From Bacteroidales bacterium (GTDB lineage Bacteria; Bacteroidota; Bacteroidia; Bacteroidales; UBA12077): a stretch of DNA of 64,000 nucleotides. The position numbers and the translations under genes were made by a program. The stretch lies in contig JAIORB010000027.1 of assembly GCA_021108325.1 (NCBI GenBank), positions 114,321 through 178,320 of the forward strand, read 5' to 3'. The notes under the pieces are model-generated. The model saw nothing but the letters and a program-made list of their open reading frames with translations, made no database searches and had not been told where the DNA came from. Every line of letters starts with the position of its first letter. The first letter of the stretch is position 1. Positions 1 through 10,041 of this stretch are shown piece by piece.

Positions 1-22
1 CATATTGCTTTATTTGCTTCAT
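1..22 (-). CDS. Possible 5' end of the next PUL gene, running off the left edge (MKQIKQY...)
   Basis: ATG at 22..20 on the minus strand, co-oriented with the upstream PUL genes; only 7 codons visible. Confidence 0.3.
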
Positions 23-60
23 TTATTGTTATCGGGTTATAATAATGAGTACAGTTTAAA

Positions 61-141
61 AACCCTGCCAGGGTAATCTTGTTAAAATTCTAAATTGCAC
101 AAAGCAGGTTATCAGTCTATTAATACAACCCTGGCAGGGTT
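61..141. repeat. REPIN-like inverted pair of palindromic units
   Basis: AACCCTGCCAGGGT (61-74) and its exact reverse complement ACCCTGGCAGGGTT (128-141); each unit is itself a palindrome (ACCCTG-n-CAGGGT). Confidence 0.75.
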
Positions 142-164
142 CTGTAATTTAGCTTAAATAAGCT

Positions 165-184
165 CCCCCCGCTCTGGCGGGGGA
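165..184 (-). terminator. GC-rich hairpin downstream of the LamG lipoprotein gene
   Basis: CCCCCGC-TCTG-GCGGGGG stem-loop about 35 bp past the stop; weak U-tract. Confidence 0.5.
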
Positions 185-218
185 AACTACATTTTTAAGC
201 TATAAAAAAATAATTAAT

Positions 219-1280
219 CTATGGTTTTTCTAAGTTATATATACTTGTAATCTGCGTAGCAGTAAGTACTGTATTGTACATTCTTATCTCATCAAGAATT
301 CCATGGAAATATCCTCCCCAATCAAGAGGTATGATTTTATCAACACCATAATTATCTGCAGTTGCTGCATATTTACTTGAACCAACTCCAAAAACTAAAT
401 CATGACCGGTAACAGTTACTAAATCACCTGTTTCCCCGTTAATTGTTCTTGTTTTAAGACCGTTAATATAAAATATCAATTGGCCATCTCCCCAAGTTGC
501 AACAATATGATACCATGTATCCAGGTCTAAAACAGGTTCTGTATCATCTTGAAGAAATAAACCGTCTCCAGCTTGATCAATACATCCTGTAAAATATGCT
601 TTATTTGCTGATTGAAGTTGAAATTTATATCCATTCCATGATTGTAAACCTAAGAAACGATTGCTTTCTCTCACTTCAGCAGCATTTACCCATAATGCAA
701 TAGTTAATTGTGCAGGGTTTATGGCAGTAGTATAAGGAACAGTTATTTTAGCACCTTCATTAAATGAAATAGCTTTACCTGCATTTCCATAACGGTCGGT
801 TGTCCAAGTTGGAACGCCTGAGCCAAAACCTGTTTCTGTTCCAAAAGTACCATCATAACCATTATCAGAGTAGTCTTTAGCTGTTGTTCCTGTACCATCG
901 TCAAAAGCCCAATGGCCAATTAAAGCATCCGGTGCAATAGGAGAAATTTCCGCAGCTTCATATACCGTTATTGCAGCATCCAGTGCAGTAACACTATTGT
1001 CAACCTCGGTTTGAGTAGCGAGAGGATTAAGTTCAACTACTTTAGCAAGATCAATAACAGCTTGCAAAGTTGCCTGAGAACCAATAGCATATTGGCCATT
1101 AGCAGTTCCTTCTTCGGTTGTGGCAATTAAATTTTCAGCTTCAGTAATTTTTGCCGATAAGGCTGTTTTATCAACAGGATCATCATCATCATCATCACTA
1201 CAAGCTGGTACAAAAGCAATACTAATTACAAGGAATAGTACCGCTAATAATTTAGCATAATTTGTTTTTAGATTTTTCAT
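219..1280 (-). CDS. PUL surface lipoprotein: FIVAR-like helical domain + LamG/concanavalin A-like domain
   Basis: Lipobox VPAC followed by acidic SDDDDDD; DKTAL...ATQTEVD FIVAR-like segment; GHWAFDDG, WYHIVATW, FYING, LDEIRMYN LamG motifs; downstream of susD. Confidence 0.85.
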   Translation of the reverse strand: MKNLKTNYAKLLAVLFLVISIAFVPACSDDDDDDPVDKTALSAKITEAENLIATTEEGTANGQYAIGSQATLQAVIDLAKVVELNPLATQTEVDNSVTALDAAITVYEAAEISPIAPDALIGHWAFDDGTGTTAKDYSDNGYDGTFGTETGFGSGVPTWTTDRYGNAGKAISFNEGAKITVPYTTAINPAQLTIALWVNAAEVRESNRFLGLQSWNGYKFQLQSANKAYFTGCIDQAGDGLFLQDDTEPVLDLDTWYHIVATWGDGQLIFYINGLKTRTINGETGDLVTVTGHDLVFGVGSSKYAATADNYGVDKIIPLDWGGYFHGILDEIRMYNTVLTATQITSIYNLEKP

Positions 1281-1324
1281 TTGTTTATAAAATTTAGTTA
1301 ATAAAAAAAATAATTAGTAAAATA

Positions 1325-2809
1325 TTAAATTTCAGAATTTGCATCTATTTCACTTTGAGGAATTGGAAAATACCTGTGATCTTCGTAATTAAAATTTGTA
1401 TTGCTTAATGCTTGTTCAGCTATATTTTTACCATAACGCATTAAATCGTAAAAACGATGGAACTCAAAACCTAGCTCCACTCTTCTTTCGTGGTAAATAG
1501 CAGTTCTTAAATAGCTTGTGTTTGAATTAGTAATATCAGGCAATAATTGATCAGGAATGGTCCCGGTATATCCGTCTAATTCTGTATCATACAAATAACA
1601 CTCTCTAGCTCTTTTACGAACCTCATTTAAAGGGATTAAAGCTTCTGCACCTCGGTTAAGTTCATTAAGTGCTTCAGCCTGAATTAATAATATTTCGGCA
1701 TACCTCATAAAGGTATAATTCAGGTTTCCGTCACCAATAGGCACTTCAGATGTAGGTTGTACATGTTTCTTTTGTAAATAACCGGTAACAGACCATGTAG
1801 GGTCAAATGGTTCTCCATTAACCCAATCTTGCCCGTCTCGTCCCACGGTATAATCCAGGCGTGGGTCATAAACACTATCTACAGGTGTAATTTCAAACTC
1901 ATCAATATAATTTTGTGTTGGAACATTAAACGAATAGCCACTGGGCTTAGGAGAAAAATATTGATTTAGGTAAGACCCTAAAAACGGTGACTGTTCTTCC
2001 AAATGTTGAATTTCGAAAATTGATTCTGAATTGTTTTTATCCAGCACATTAAAATTATGGCTGTAAACATCCATTAAATCATAGATTAATAAACCTTCAA
2101 CAGCATTAGCATTATCTAAGGCAAGTTGCCATTCCCCTTGAAATAAATATACTTTTGCTAATAAGCCCAGTGCAGCTCCCCTGGTAGCCCTGCCAATATC
2201 ATCACTATCGTAACTTACAGGTAATGCGGCACTTGCATCTGTTAAATCTTGTTCGATTTGGGCATATATTGTTTCAACAGAAGAAACAGGTATATTTAAA
2301 TCCTCAACGCTTGTAATAGTTGTTGTTTTTAATGGTATTGCCCCAAAAATATTGCTTAGATGAAAATAGTAATAAGCTCTCAGAAATTTAGCTTCAGCAA
2401 TAATACGTTGTTTTAATTCTTCATCCATATCAATATCGGGCACGTAAGAAGTAACATTGTTTGCCCTTACAATTCCTTCGTAGTAATGTCTCCATATCGA
2501 CTCTATTTCTCCGTTATCCGGATTAACAGCAAAATCATTAATATAAGTAATATCACTTCTGTCTCCGGCATCTCCTCCTTTAAGGGCGTCATCGGAAGCC
2601 ACATCTCCGAATACCCATAAATTATTTGCTGTATTTACAAATGCACAAAGTTCATAAGTGCTGTTTACAGCAAGAATCGCGTGTTCTTCTGTTTGATAAA
2701 AAGTTGTATTAGTATATTCTCCTTGCAATTCAACATCCAGCATGTTATCACAACTACTAAACGAAATGAATAAACAAGATATTAACCCGTATATGTATTT
2801 TGATTTCAT
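1325..2809 (-). CDS. susD: RagB/SusD family outer-membrane lipoprotein
   Basis: Lipobox FSSC; AEAKFLRAYYY, GRATRGAA, MRYAEILL, ERRVELGFEFHRFYDLMR, FPIPQSEI motifs. Confidence 0.95.
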   Translation of the reverse strand: MKSKYIYGLISCLFISFSSCDNMLDVELQGEYTNTTFYQTEEHAILAVNSTYELCAFVNTANNLWVFGDVASDDALKGGDAGDRSDITYINDFAVNPDNGEIESIWRHYYEGIVRANNVTSYVPDIDMDEELKQRIIAEAKFLRAYYYFHLSNIFGAIPLKTTTITSVEDLNIPVSSVETIYAQIEQDLTDASAALPVSYDSDDIGRATRGAALGLLAKVYLFQGEWQLALDNANAVEGLLIYDLMDVYSHNFNVLDKNNSESIFEIQHLEEQSPFLGSYLNQYFSPKPSGYSFNVPTQNYIDEFEITPVDSVYDPRLDYTVGRDGQDWVNGEPFDPTWSVTGYLQKKHVQPTSEVPIGDGNLNYTFMRYAEILLIQAEALNELNRGAEALIPLNEVRKRARECYLYDTELDGYTGTIPDQLLPDITNSNTSYLRTAIYHERRVELGFEFHRFYDLMRYGKNIAEQALSNTNFNYEDHRYFPIPQSEIDANSEI

Positions 2810-2821
2810 GATAATTGTTTT

Positions 2822-5800
2822 TTAAAATGTTAGTTGTACTCCAAAACTAATGGTAAAAGCTGCCGGATATGTACCCCAATCTATTCCTGTTACACGAAAA
2901 GCTTCGCTGCCATGTAAAGTATTATCGCTGGTTGTTAATTCCGGGTCTAATCCCGGATAATTAGTTAAAGTATATAAATTTGTACCCGAACAGTAAACTC
3001 TTAGTTTAGTTAAAGATAATTTTTCCAGCATTGTCTCAGAAAGACTATAACCAATTTGGATATTCTTTAATTTTAGATACGAAGCATCCTCTAAGAATCG
3101 AGATGACGGCCTTGCATTATTCGATTTTGCTTCCCAGGAGGCCCGTGGTTGTGTATCGCTTGTTCCTTCGCCTGTCCATCGTTCATCATAATAATCTTGT
3201 GTAAGATTAAACGGGCGGTAAAAGCCTTCAATATCCGTTGCTATTTGGTTATATATTTTATGTCCGTAAGCACCTGCTATAAACATAGAAAAATCGAATT
3301 GTTTATAATTTAACCCTATGTTTATACCTGCTGTTATTTTAGGAATAGAGCTTCCTAAATGTGTTCTGTCTTCACTGTCGATTATACCGTCATTGTTTTG
3401 GTCTTTAAATTTAACATCGCCCGGTTCAATACCATTTCCCTGGAAAGCGTGAGTTACAATTTCCATTTCGTTTTGGAATATGCCTTCCATTTCGTACAAA
3501 TAAAATGATCCTATGGGATATCCTTCTTCGGTTTTGGTTGCATAAACACCATTGTCAATACGCCCGGCCAGGATAGGATTATCTAGTTCCAGCATTTCAT
3601 TATGAAGTAGTGCTCCATTGGCTTTAATATAATATGAAAAATCATCTGAACTATATTTTCGATACCCAATGGTTAATTCTAATCCTGTATTTAAGATTTT
3701 ACCTGTATTTACAATCGGGGGATCGGCATAACCTGCCGAAGAAGGTATAGATACACCTAACAGCAAGTTGTCAGTTGTTTTATAATAATAATCTATACTT
3801 ATATCTAATTTACGATTATAAAGAAACAAATCAGTACCAATGTCTATTTGATTACTTGTCTCCCATTGTACATATTCGTTTCCTAATTTATAAGTTGCAT
3901 ACCCTTCTTGATTATCGTATCCCAATGGATATTGATAGCCTGATTTAATGCGTTCCAGGTATGCAAAATCAGGAATTTCCTGATTTCCTACTTCTCCATA
4001 ACTAAGTCTTAATTTCCACTGGTCTATAATATCGCTATCTTTAAAAAAGTCTTTGTCAATTCTCCATCCTAATGAAACTGAATAAAAAGTTCCCCATCTA
4101 TTCTCTTCACTAAATCTCGAAGAACCGTCTCTTCTGATTAATCCTGATAAAAAGTATTTTTCTTTCAAGTTATAATTAACTCTAGAAAAATAGGAAAGCA
4201 GGTTATAAGTTATTTTACTTTCGTATGTAGTTTTTATACCTAAACCATTTCCAAGATAAACAGATACAGGATTTTGGTCGGGAAATTTTCTATCAGTTAC
4301 TTCGGTAACAGCAAATTCATTATTAACACTTTCAATACCGAGTATGGCATTAAAATTATGAATGTCATTTATAGTTTTGTTATAATTTAATACATTGCTC
4401 CACGTCCAGTTAAATGAAGAATTATGTATAACATTTAAAGAATTTTCTTCATTTACTTTTCTACTGGTACTATTTCCCCAGGTTTTATTAAATCTTCTTT
4501 GCTTGGATTCATTATTATCTATTCCAAAAATGGAAACTATATTTAAATCTTCGGTTAATTTGATTTTAGCATTGAAATCTCCGAAAGTACTAAATGCTTT
4601 TTTAACATTATCGGTATTTTCTAAAAGTCCTACAGGGTTGTATCCATCACCCATTAAGGCAGGATAGTCAGGTAAATCAACAAATTCACCTTCATCATCA
4701 TATATAGGAATCATAGGATTTCTGAAAAAAGCATAACGGACAGCACTTCCACCGTTTCCACCATAACCATCTCCCGAACTCCCAACTATATTTGTTGTTG
4801 ATTTTGTTATATTAATATTAGCACCAACAGTTAGCCAATCCTTAACATCAGAAGTAATGCTGATTTTTCCTGTAAGTTTTTCATAATCGCTTCCTATCAA
4901 TATTCCTTCCTGTCCAAAATAGCTTCCCGAAATATTATATTGAGTTTTTTCATTGCCTCCGCTTATTCCCAAATAGTAATTACCTATAATGGCTGTTCTA
5001 AAAATAGATTCCAAATGGTTAATGTTCGGGGTACTATTAAGAATATCATCTGTTATTTTATCACGCCATAATTCCGGATTATCAGGAATGGTATTATTAA
5101 AATTATCTGCTGCTTCATTAAATAATTCTGCATATTCATATTTGTCACACATTTCAGTTAATTGGCCATGTTTTTGAAATCCTGTACTTGAATTAAAAGT
5201 TATTCTCGGGTTACCGTCTTTCGATCCTTTATAGGTTGTAATCAATACTACCCCATTATTTGCCCTTGATCCATATATTGCAGCCGAAGCGGCATCTTTT
5301 AATACACTGATAGATTTTATATCTGAAACAGAAAGGGTATTCATTGCATCTTTAGTTGGTACGCCATCAACTATATATAGAGGCGAACCATCTCCTGTAA
5401 CAGATCCAACACCCCTTATTTGTACGGCTACACCTTCGCCCGGGGCGCCTGTATTTTGGGTAATATTAACACCTGCAGCTAATCCTTGCATAGCCTGTGA
5501 AATATCAGGGACACTGATTTTAGTAATATCATCAATTTTTATTGTTGAGATAGATCCTGTAACATCTGATTTTTTTTGTGATCCATAACCTATAACTACA
5601 ACATCATCTAATGCAATAGTATCCATTTGCAAAACAACATTTATTTCACTTTGGCCATTAACCGGAATTGAAATGGGTAGATATCCAACATATGAAAACA
5701 CAAGGGTTATGTTTGGATCACTTACTTCAAGTGTGTAATTTCCGTCAAAATCGGTTACTGTTCCGGTTGTTGTCCCTTCAATAATAATATTTACTCCAAT

Positions 5801-6199
5801 CAGGGACTCTCCGGTTTCATCGGTCACTTTACCCTTAATTATAAATTCTTGCTGCGGAGAGCTTTTGGTTGCTTTTTGAGGAGTTATAACAATATGGTTA
5901 TCAACATATTTATAAGTAAAGCCGCATTGTGGTAATGTTTTATCAAGGATATCATCAATACTGCCTTTTTTCGGTGTAAACGAAACTTTCTGTTTTAAAT
6001 TAACCTGATCATTCTGGAAAAAAACGGTATAATCACTGTTATTTTCAACGTATTCAAAAAGATCCTCAATTGTTTGTGTATCAGCTACTGCTAAATTCTG
6101 AGCTGTTAAATTAAAAGGAGAATAAACAATTAAAAGCAATATTATTATTCCTGCTTGAAACCTGAAAAGCAGATTTGATAAATTATGTTTGTTTTTCAT
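2822..6199 (-). CDS. susC: SusC/RagA TonB-dependent receptor with N-terminal STN-like domain
   Basis: VVVIGYG, VLKDAASAAIYGSRANNGVVLIT, YIVDGVP, C-terminal FGVQLTF; STN extension fits the fecR/ECF linkage; likely start MKNKHN at 6199 (ORF track extends to 6235). Confidence 0.96.
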   Translation of the reverse strand: MKNKHNLSNLLFRFQAGIIILLLIVYSPFNLTAQNLAVADTQTIEDLFEYVENNSDYTVFFQNDQVNLKQKVSFTPKKGSIDDILDKTLPQCGFTYKYVDNHIVITPQKATKSSPQQEFIIKGKVTDETGESLIGVNIIIEGTTTGTVTDFDGNYTLEVSDPNITLVFSYVGYLPISIPVNGQSEINVVLQMDTIALDDVVVIGYGSQKKSDVTGSISTIKIDDITKISVPDISQAMQGLAAGVNITQNTGAPGEGVAVQIRGVGSVTGDGSPLYIVDGVPTKDAMNTLSVSDIKSISVLKDAASAAIYGSRANNGVVLITTYKGSKDGNPRITFNSSTGFQKHGQLTEMCDKYEYAELFNEAADNFNNTIPDNPELWRDKITDDILNSTPNINHLESIFRTAIIGNYYLGISGGNEKTQYNISGSYFGQEGILIGSDYEKLTGKISITSDVKDWLTVGANINITKSTTNIVGSSGDGYGGNGGSAVRYAFFRNPMIPIYDDEGEFVDLPDYPALMGDGYNPVGLLENTDNVKKAFSTFGDFNAKIKLTEDLNIVSIFGIDNNESKQRRFNKTWGNSTSRKVNEENSLNVIHNSSFNWTWSNVLNYNKTINDIHNFNAILGIESVNNEFAVTEVTDRKFPDQNPVSVYLGNGLGIKTTYESKITYNLLSYFSRVNYNLKEKYFLSGLIRRDGSSRFSEENRWGTFYSVSLGWRIDKDFFKDSDIIDQWKLRLSYGEVGNQEIPDFAYLERIKSGYQYPLGYDNQEGYATYKLGNEYVQWETSNQIDIGTDLFLYNRKLDISIDYYYKTTDNLLLGVSIPSSAGYADPPIVNTGKILNTGLELTIGYRKYSSDDFSYYIKANGALLHNEMLELDNPILAGRIDNGVYATKTEEGYPIGSFYLYEMEGIFQNEMEIVTHAFQGNGIEPGDVKFKDQNNDGIIDSEDRTHLGSSIPKITAGINIGLNYKQFDFSMFIAGAYGHKIYNQIATDIEGFYRPFNLTQDYYDERWTGEGTSDTQPRASWEAKSNNARPSSRFLEDASYLKLKNIQIGYSLSETMLEKLSLTKLRVYCSGTNLYTLTNYPGLDPELTTSDNTLHGSEAFRVTGIDWGTYPAAFTISFGVQLTF

Positions 6200-6553
6200 T
6201 CGGGTATAATTTTTAGTATATAGTATTAAGTACATAGTATCAAGACAAAATAGCTTTTAGTACAATTTACAATTACTAACCAGGCTATGCCGGGTTTCAC
6301 CCTTCTCTCTTTTTCTTCCCGGATAACTATCGGGATCACATTTTCCTATCTGTTAACTGTCAATTGAATCCTGTAACTCTTTCTTGACAAAACCCCGGCA
6401 GAGCCTTCTGTTTTACTGCTACTAACCATGCCCTGCAAGGTTTCGTCATTCACTATTTAACCCTTTTCTTAATCTACCAGTTGCATCCTGCAACTTATTT
6501 GCACAAACTCCCACAGTCTAACTTCAGACACTGTCGGGTTTCCCCTTTTCTCT

Positions 6554-7582
6554 CTATCTAATAAATATCGTGTCCTTTTTTATTTCATAATTAATTGATG
6601 TTGTCAGGCTTATTATTTCAAGTATCTTCCTGATATCATCATTAATATTAAATTCACCGGTATATCGTAAATCTTCAATTTTAGTATTTTGTATGTTAAT
6701 AACTATATTGTGTGATCTCTCTAATTTTCGGGAAATATCTGCGAAGCGTTGATTTCTGAAAATGATTTTACCATCTTTCCAGGATGAATACATTTCTACA
6801 TTTTCGGTTTTAAATATTTTTGATTGATTTTTATTACAAAGTAGCAAATAGGTTTGATTAGCATTTAGTATAGCAGATTTTCCTTTATCATGCGAAATGC
6901 TGATTTTTCCCCTTTCGAGAGATATTTGATGTATATTTTCATTAGGATAAGCAGAAACATTAAACGCTGTTCCTAAAACTTTAACCGTATTTTCTGAAGT
7001 ATGAATAAAAAAAGGCTTGCGTGAATCATGTGTTACATCGAAAAAAGCTTCTCCTTCCAGAAATACTTCCCTCTTTTTTGTGCCAAAATTGCTTCCATAT
7101 TTTAGTTTAGTATCAGAATTAAGAAATACCAGGGAGCCATCGGGCAATAAAATATTTTTAATCTGGCCTTTAGGTGTAATAATTTCGTGATAAGCAATTT
7201 CATTATTTGTATTAAAAATAGAATCACTAAAAAAAACAGAACCTGCCAAAACCATTAAAAAAGCAAAAACAGCAGCATATTGCCAGATTTTAATTTTAAA
7301 CTTTTTAAATCCGGCAAGGGTTCTTTGATTATCGATATTCAAGCGCCTATTTAAGCGGTTCCATTCCGTATTAATAAATTCTTGTGATAATGACTGTTTC
7401 TTGAAATTTATAAGTTGTATAAATTTTTTTGCTTCTGTTGCAGTTTTATGTTTATCGGGGTTCTCTGCCAGCCGATTTTCCCACAATTTAATATTATCGG
7501 GATTTGTTCCTTTGGCATAATCTAAAAAAGATTCATCTGAAATGAAATCTTCAAATTGATAGTCTGAAAAGTTTTTCATCAT
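6554..7582 (-). CDS. fecR: FecR family anti-sigma factor
   Basis: Single TM then LPDGSLVFLNSDT, REVFLEGEAFFDV, VKVLGTAFNV; lies between ECF sigma and susC. Confidence 0.93.
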   Translation of the reverse strand: MMKNFSDYQFEDFISDESFLDYAKGTNPDNIKLWENRLAENPDKHKTATEAKKFIQLINFKKQSLSQEFINTEWNRLNRRLNIDNQRTLAGFKKFKIKIWQYAAVFAFLMVLAGSVFFSDSIFNTNNEIAYHEIITPKGQIKNILLPDGSLVFLNSDTKLKYGSNFGTKKREVFLEGEAFFDVTHDSRKPFFIHTSENTVKVLGTAFNVSAYPNENIHQISLERGKISISHDKGKSAILNANQTYLLLCNKNQSKIFKTENVEMYSSWKDGKIIFRNQRFADISRKLERSHNIVINIQNTKIEDLRYTGEFNINDDIRKILEIISLTTSINYEIKKDTIFIR

Positions 7583-7653
7583 TATAGTATGTATTTAATT
7601 AAGAGTCAAAAAAAGCGATTTGCTACTCACAAAAAAGAAGGAAAATATAAAGT

Positions 7654-8277
7654 TTATTCTATTGTACAGAATGTCAGGCATATAAGAAACAATAAAAAGC
7701 TGTTATTTTTTAGTTTTTCCCGTAGTATATTAAATGTCCTGTTAAGTATATTGCATACAGACTGTTTTTTGATTGACAAGCTCCGGCTGATTTCCGAATT
7801 TGACAGGTTACAGTAAAACTTCAGGTAAATAATTTCTCGTTGTTTATCGGTTAAATCTTCAAGCAGGGTAGTAATTATTTTTCTTGTTTTAGTTTTGGCT
7901 TCATGTTCAATAATAATATCTTCATGCGAAATAACAAACTCGTTTTCCTGTTTGTTATTACCAGGTAACAAAGTAAATATTATATTTTTATTTGATGTTT
8001 TAAGTAATTTATTTCTAAATATTTTAAAAATATATGCTTTTACATGTACAACGTCTGATAATTTATTCCTGTTTTCCCATAAGTTTGCAAATATATCTTG
8101 AATAGTATCTATAACATGATTATCATCACTGCTAAGTTTTTTGCCATAAAAATACAGATCGTTATAAAATCTGTAAAACAAGCTGTTTAATGCATCTGGA
8201 TTGTTTTCTTTAAGATCAATCCATAATTCAGAATCGCTTTTTTCTGATAAGTTATTTTTGCAGGAGATTATATTCAT
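7654..8277 (-). CDS. ECF sigma-70 factor
   Basis: Region 2 (DTIQDIFANLW) and region 4 (LTDKQREIIYLKFYCNLSNSEIS); upstream of fecR. Confidence 0.92.
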   Translation of the reverse strand: MNIISCKNNLSEKSDSELWIDLKENNPDALNSLFYRFYNDLYFYGKKLSSDDNHVIDTIQDIFANLWENRNKLSDVVHVKAYIFKIFRNKLLKTSNKNIIFTLLPGNNKQENEFVISHEDIIIEHEAKTKTRKIITTLLEDLTDKQREIIYLKFYCNLSNSEISRSLSIKKQSVCNILNRTFNILREKLKNNSFLLFLICLTFCTIE

Positions 8278-8355
8278 TTTAAAAAAACAGCTCTATATAA
8301 TACCTAAAAGTATAGATTCTGCGTTTAAACTCCAAATGGTGATTATTTCAAAAAA

Positions 8356-8384
8356 AAATAGAGCTATTCAAAATAACTCTATTT
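8356..8384 (-). terminator. Intrinsic terminator of the malic enzyme gene
   Basis: AAATAGAGCTATT-CAA-AATAACTCTATTT hairpin followed by a T-run on the minus strand. Confidence 0.65.
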
Positions 8385-8406
8385 AATTTATTTTAGAGGC
8401 TCTTAG

Positions 8407-9861
8407 TTATTTAACGGCATCAACTGCTATTTTTAAAGCATCTTCAAGCATCTTAGTATCCGGTTCAGGAATAAAACCATTTTTCATCATCATATCGATC
8501 GTATCTCTGGTTTGTTTAATATCAGCCATGGTACGGTTAAATGCCTCATCCCAGGTCATCTGTACACGGGCAACTCCATTCTTAATAGCTTCCATTGCAA
8601 CATCGGCAGCTTCGTGAGCAAACATTTCAGTTTCGTCCATTTTCGGCATAATATAATCTGCATTAATACTATTCTTTTCTGCATAATTCGCCATAGAATA
8701 TGCAGCAGTAATAGCCATTTCATCAGTTATTTTTCTGGCTTGAACTAACAATGCTCCTTTTAGAATTCCAGGAAACCCTAATGAATTATTAACCTGATTT
8801 GGGAAATCGCCACGGCCTGTTGCAACAATGTATGCTCCTGCTTCTTTTGCTGCATAAGGATAAATTTCAGGTACAGGATTAGCACATGCAAAAACAATTG
8901 GTTTTGTACCCATACTTTTTATCCACTCAGGCTTAACCACATCAGGTCCTGGTTTGCTCAGTGCTATAAGAACATCAGCACCTTTACAAGCTTCAACTAT
9001 ATCATTAATTTTATTTGGATTTGTTTTTTGGCAAAGTTCCCATTTACGATAAAATCTTGGATCAGCTTTAATATCTTCGCGATCTTTATGTAATCCTCCC
9101 TTTGAATCAAATAAGGTCATATTTTCCGGATTAGCTCCAGCTTGAAGAATTAAACGAGCAATAGTCGTATTTGAAGCTCCGGCTCCATACATAACTACTT
9201 TAATGTCGTCAATTTTTTTACCAACAATTCGCAATGCATTAATAAGCCCGGCAAGAGTTACAGAACCTGTTCCCTGAGCATCGTCGTGCCATACCGGGAT
9301 ATCGCATTCTTCTCTTAATGTATCAAGTACCTTATAGCAGTTTGGTTGCGAGATATCTTCAAGGTTAATAGCGCCAAAACTAGGCTGCAACATTTTTACA
9401 AAATTGATGATTTTATCAGGATCATGCTCCCCTTTTTCGTTGTAACTGTCAACGCATAATGCAACGGCATCAACACCGGCAAGGTATTTCATTAAGTAAG
9501 CTTTTCCTTCCATTACTCCTAATCCTCCCGGAGGAGTACAATCTCCATCACCTAAAACCCGTGTTGAATCTGATACAACAGCAACCATATTACTACGATT
9601 TGATAATTCAAAAGAAGTATCGTTATTATCGCGTATAGTTGTAGATATTTTTGAAACTCCCGGTGTATAATAAACATTAAACCAGTTAAAGCCATAAATA
9701 CCGGCTTTGGGAAGGGTTTGCATTTTTCCACCGTAAAACTTGTGACTCGATAAAGCCAATTCCTTTAAAAAAACTGTTTTCGCTTTTGCAATTTGTTCCT
9801 GAGTAAAGTTTTCAGGAAATAAAGCATCCAGATTTTGTAAGGAAAGATCAATTTTTGACAT
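8407..9861 (-). CDS. NAD(P)-dependent malic enzyme, single-domain (no PTA fusion)
   Basis: YYTPGV, VLGDGD, MEGKAYL, INLEDI, HDDAQGT, YGAGA, ANPVPEI, ATGRGDFPNQVNNSLGFPG. Confidence 0.92.
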   Translation of the reverse strand: MSKIDLSLQNLDALFPENFTQEQIAKAKTVFLKELALSSHKFYGGKMQTLPKAGIYGFNWFNVYYTPGVSKISTTIRDNNDTSFELSNRSNMVAVVSDSTRVLGDGDCTPPGGLGVMEGKAYLMKYLAGVDAVALCVDSYNEKGEHDPDKIINFVKMLQPSFGAINLEDISQPNCYKVLDTLREECDIPVWHDDAQGTGSVTLAGLINALRIVGKKIDDIKVVMYGAGASNTTIARLILQAGANPENMTLFDSKGGLHKDREDIKADPRFYRKWELCQKTNPNKINDIVEACKGADVLIALSKPGPDVVKPEWIKSMGTKPIVFACANPVPEIYPYAAKEAGAYIVATGRGDFPNQVNNSLGFPGILKGALLVQARKITDEMAITAAYSMANYAEKNSINADYIMPKMDETEMFAHEAADVAMEAIKNGVARVQMTWDEAFNRTMADIKQTRDTIDMMMKNGFIPEPDTKMLEDALKIAVDAVK

Positions 9862-9988
9862 AAAAACCTCCGTATTTTAATTTTAGTTTGATTTGTAATC
9901 AGGTTACCTAACAAAAATACTAAATAATTTGCCTTAATAATAGAGGTTATCTTATCATAAATGCCTGATTCTTATGTTATATAACATT

Positions 9989-10027
9989 AATAGTAAAGGG
10001 TGACTCATGAATCACCCTTTTACTATT
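9989..10027 (-). terminator. Hairpin downstream of pdxA
   Basis: ATAGTAAAGGGTGA...TCACCCTTTTACTAT near-perfect inverted repeat 15 bp after the stop. Confidence 0.65.
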
Positions 10028-10041
10028 GTTTATAATTTATT

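Noticed and set aside
1179-1198. (ATC)n microsatellite as a phase-variation tract
   Set aside because: In-frame triplet repeat encoding the acidic lipoprotein-export stretch DDDDDD
6365-6449. 29-codon ORF (MTKPCRAW...) in the fecR-susC spacer
   Set aside because: Overlaps the repeat hairpins; no leader-peptide signature or attenuator logic evident
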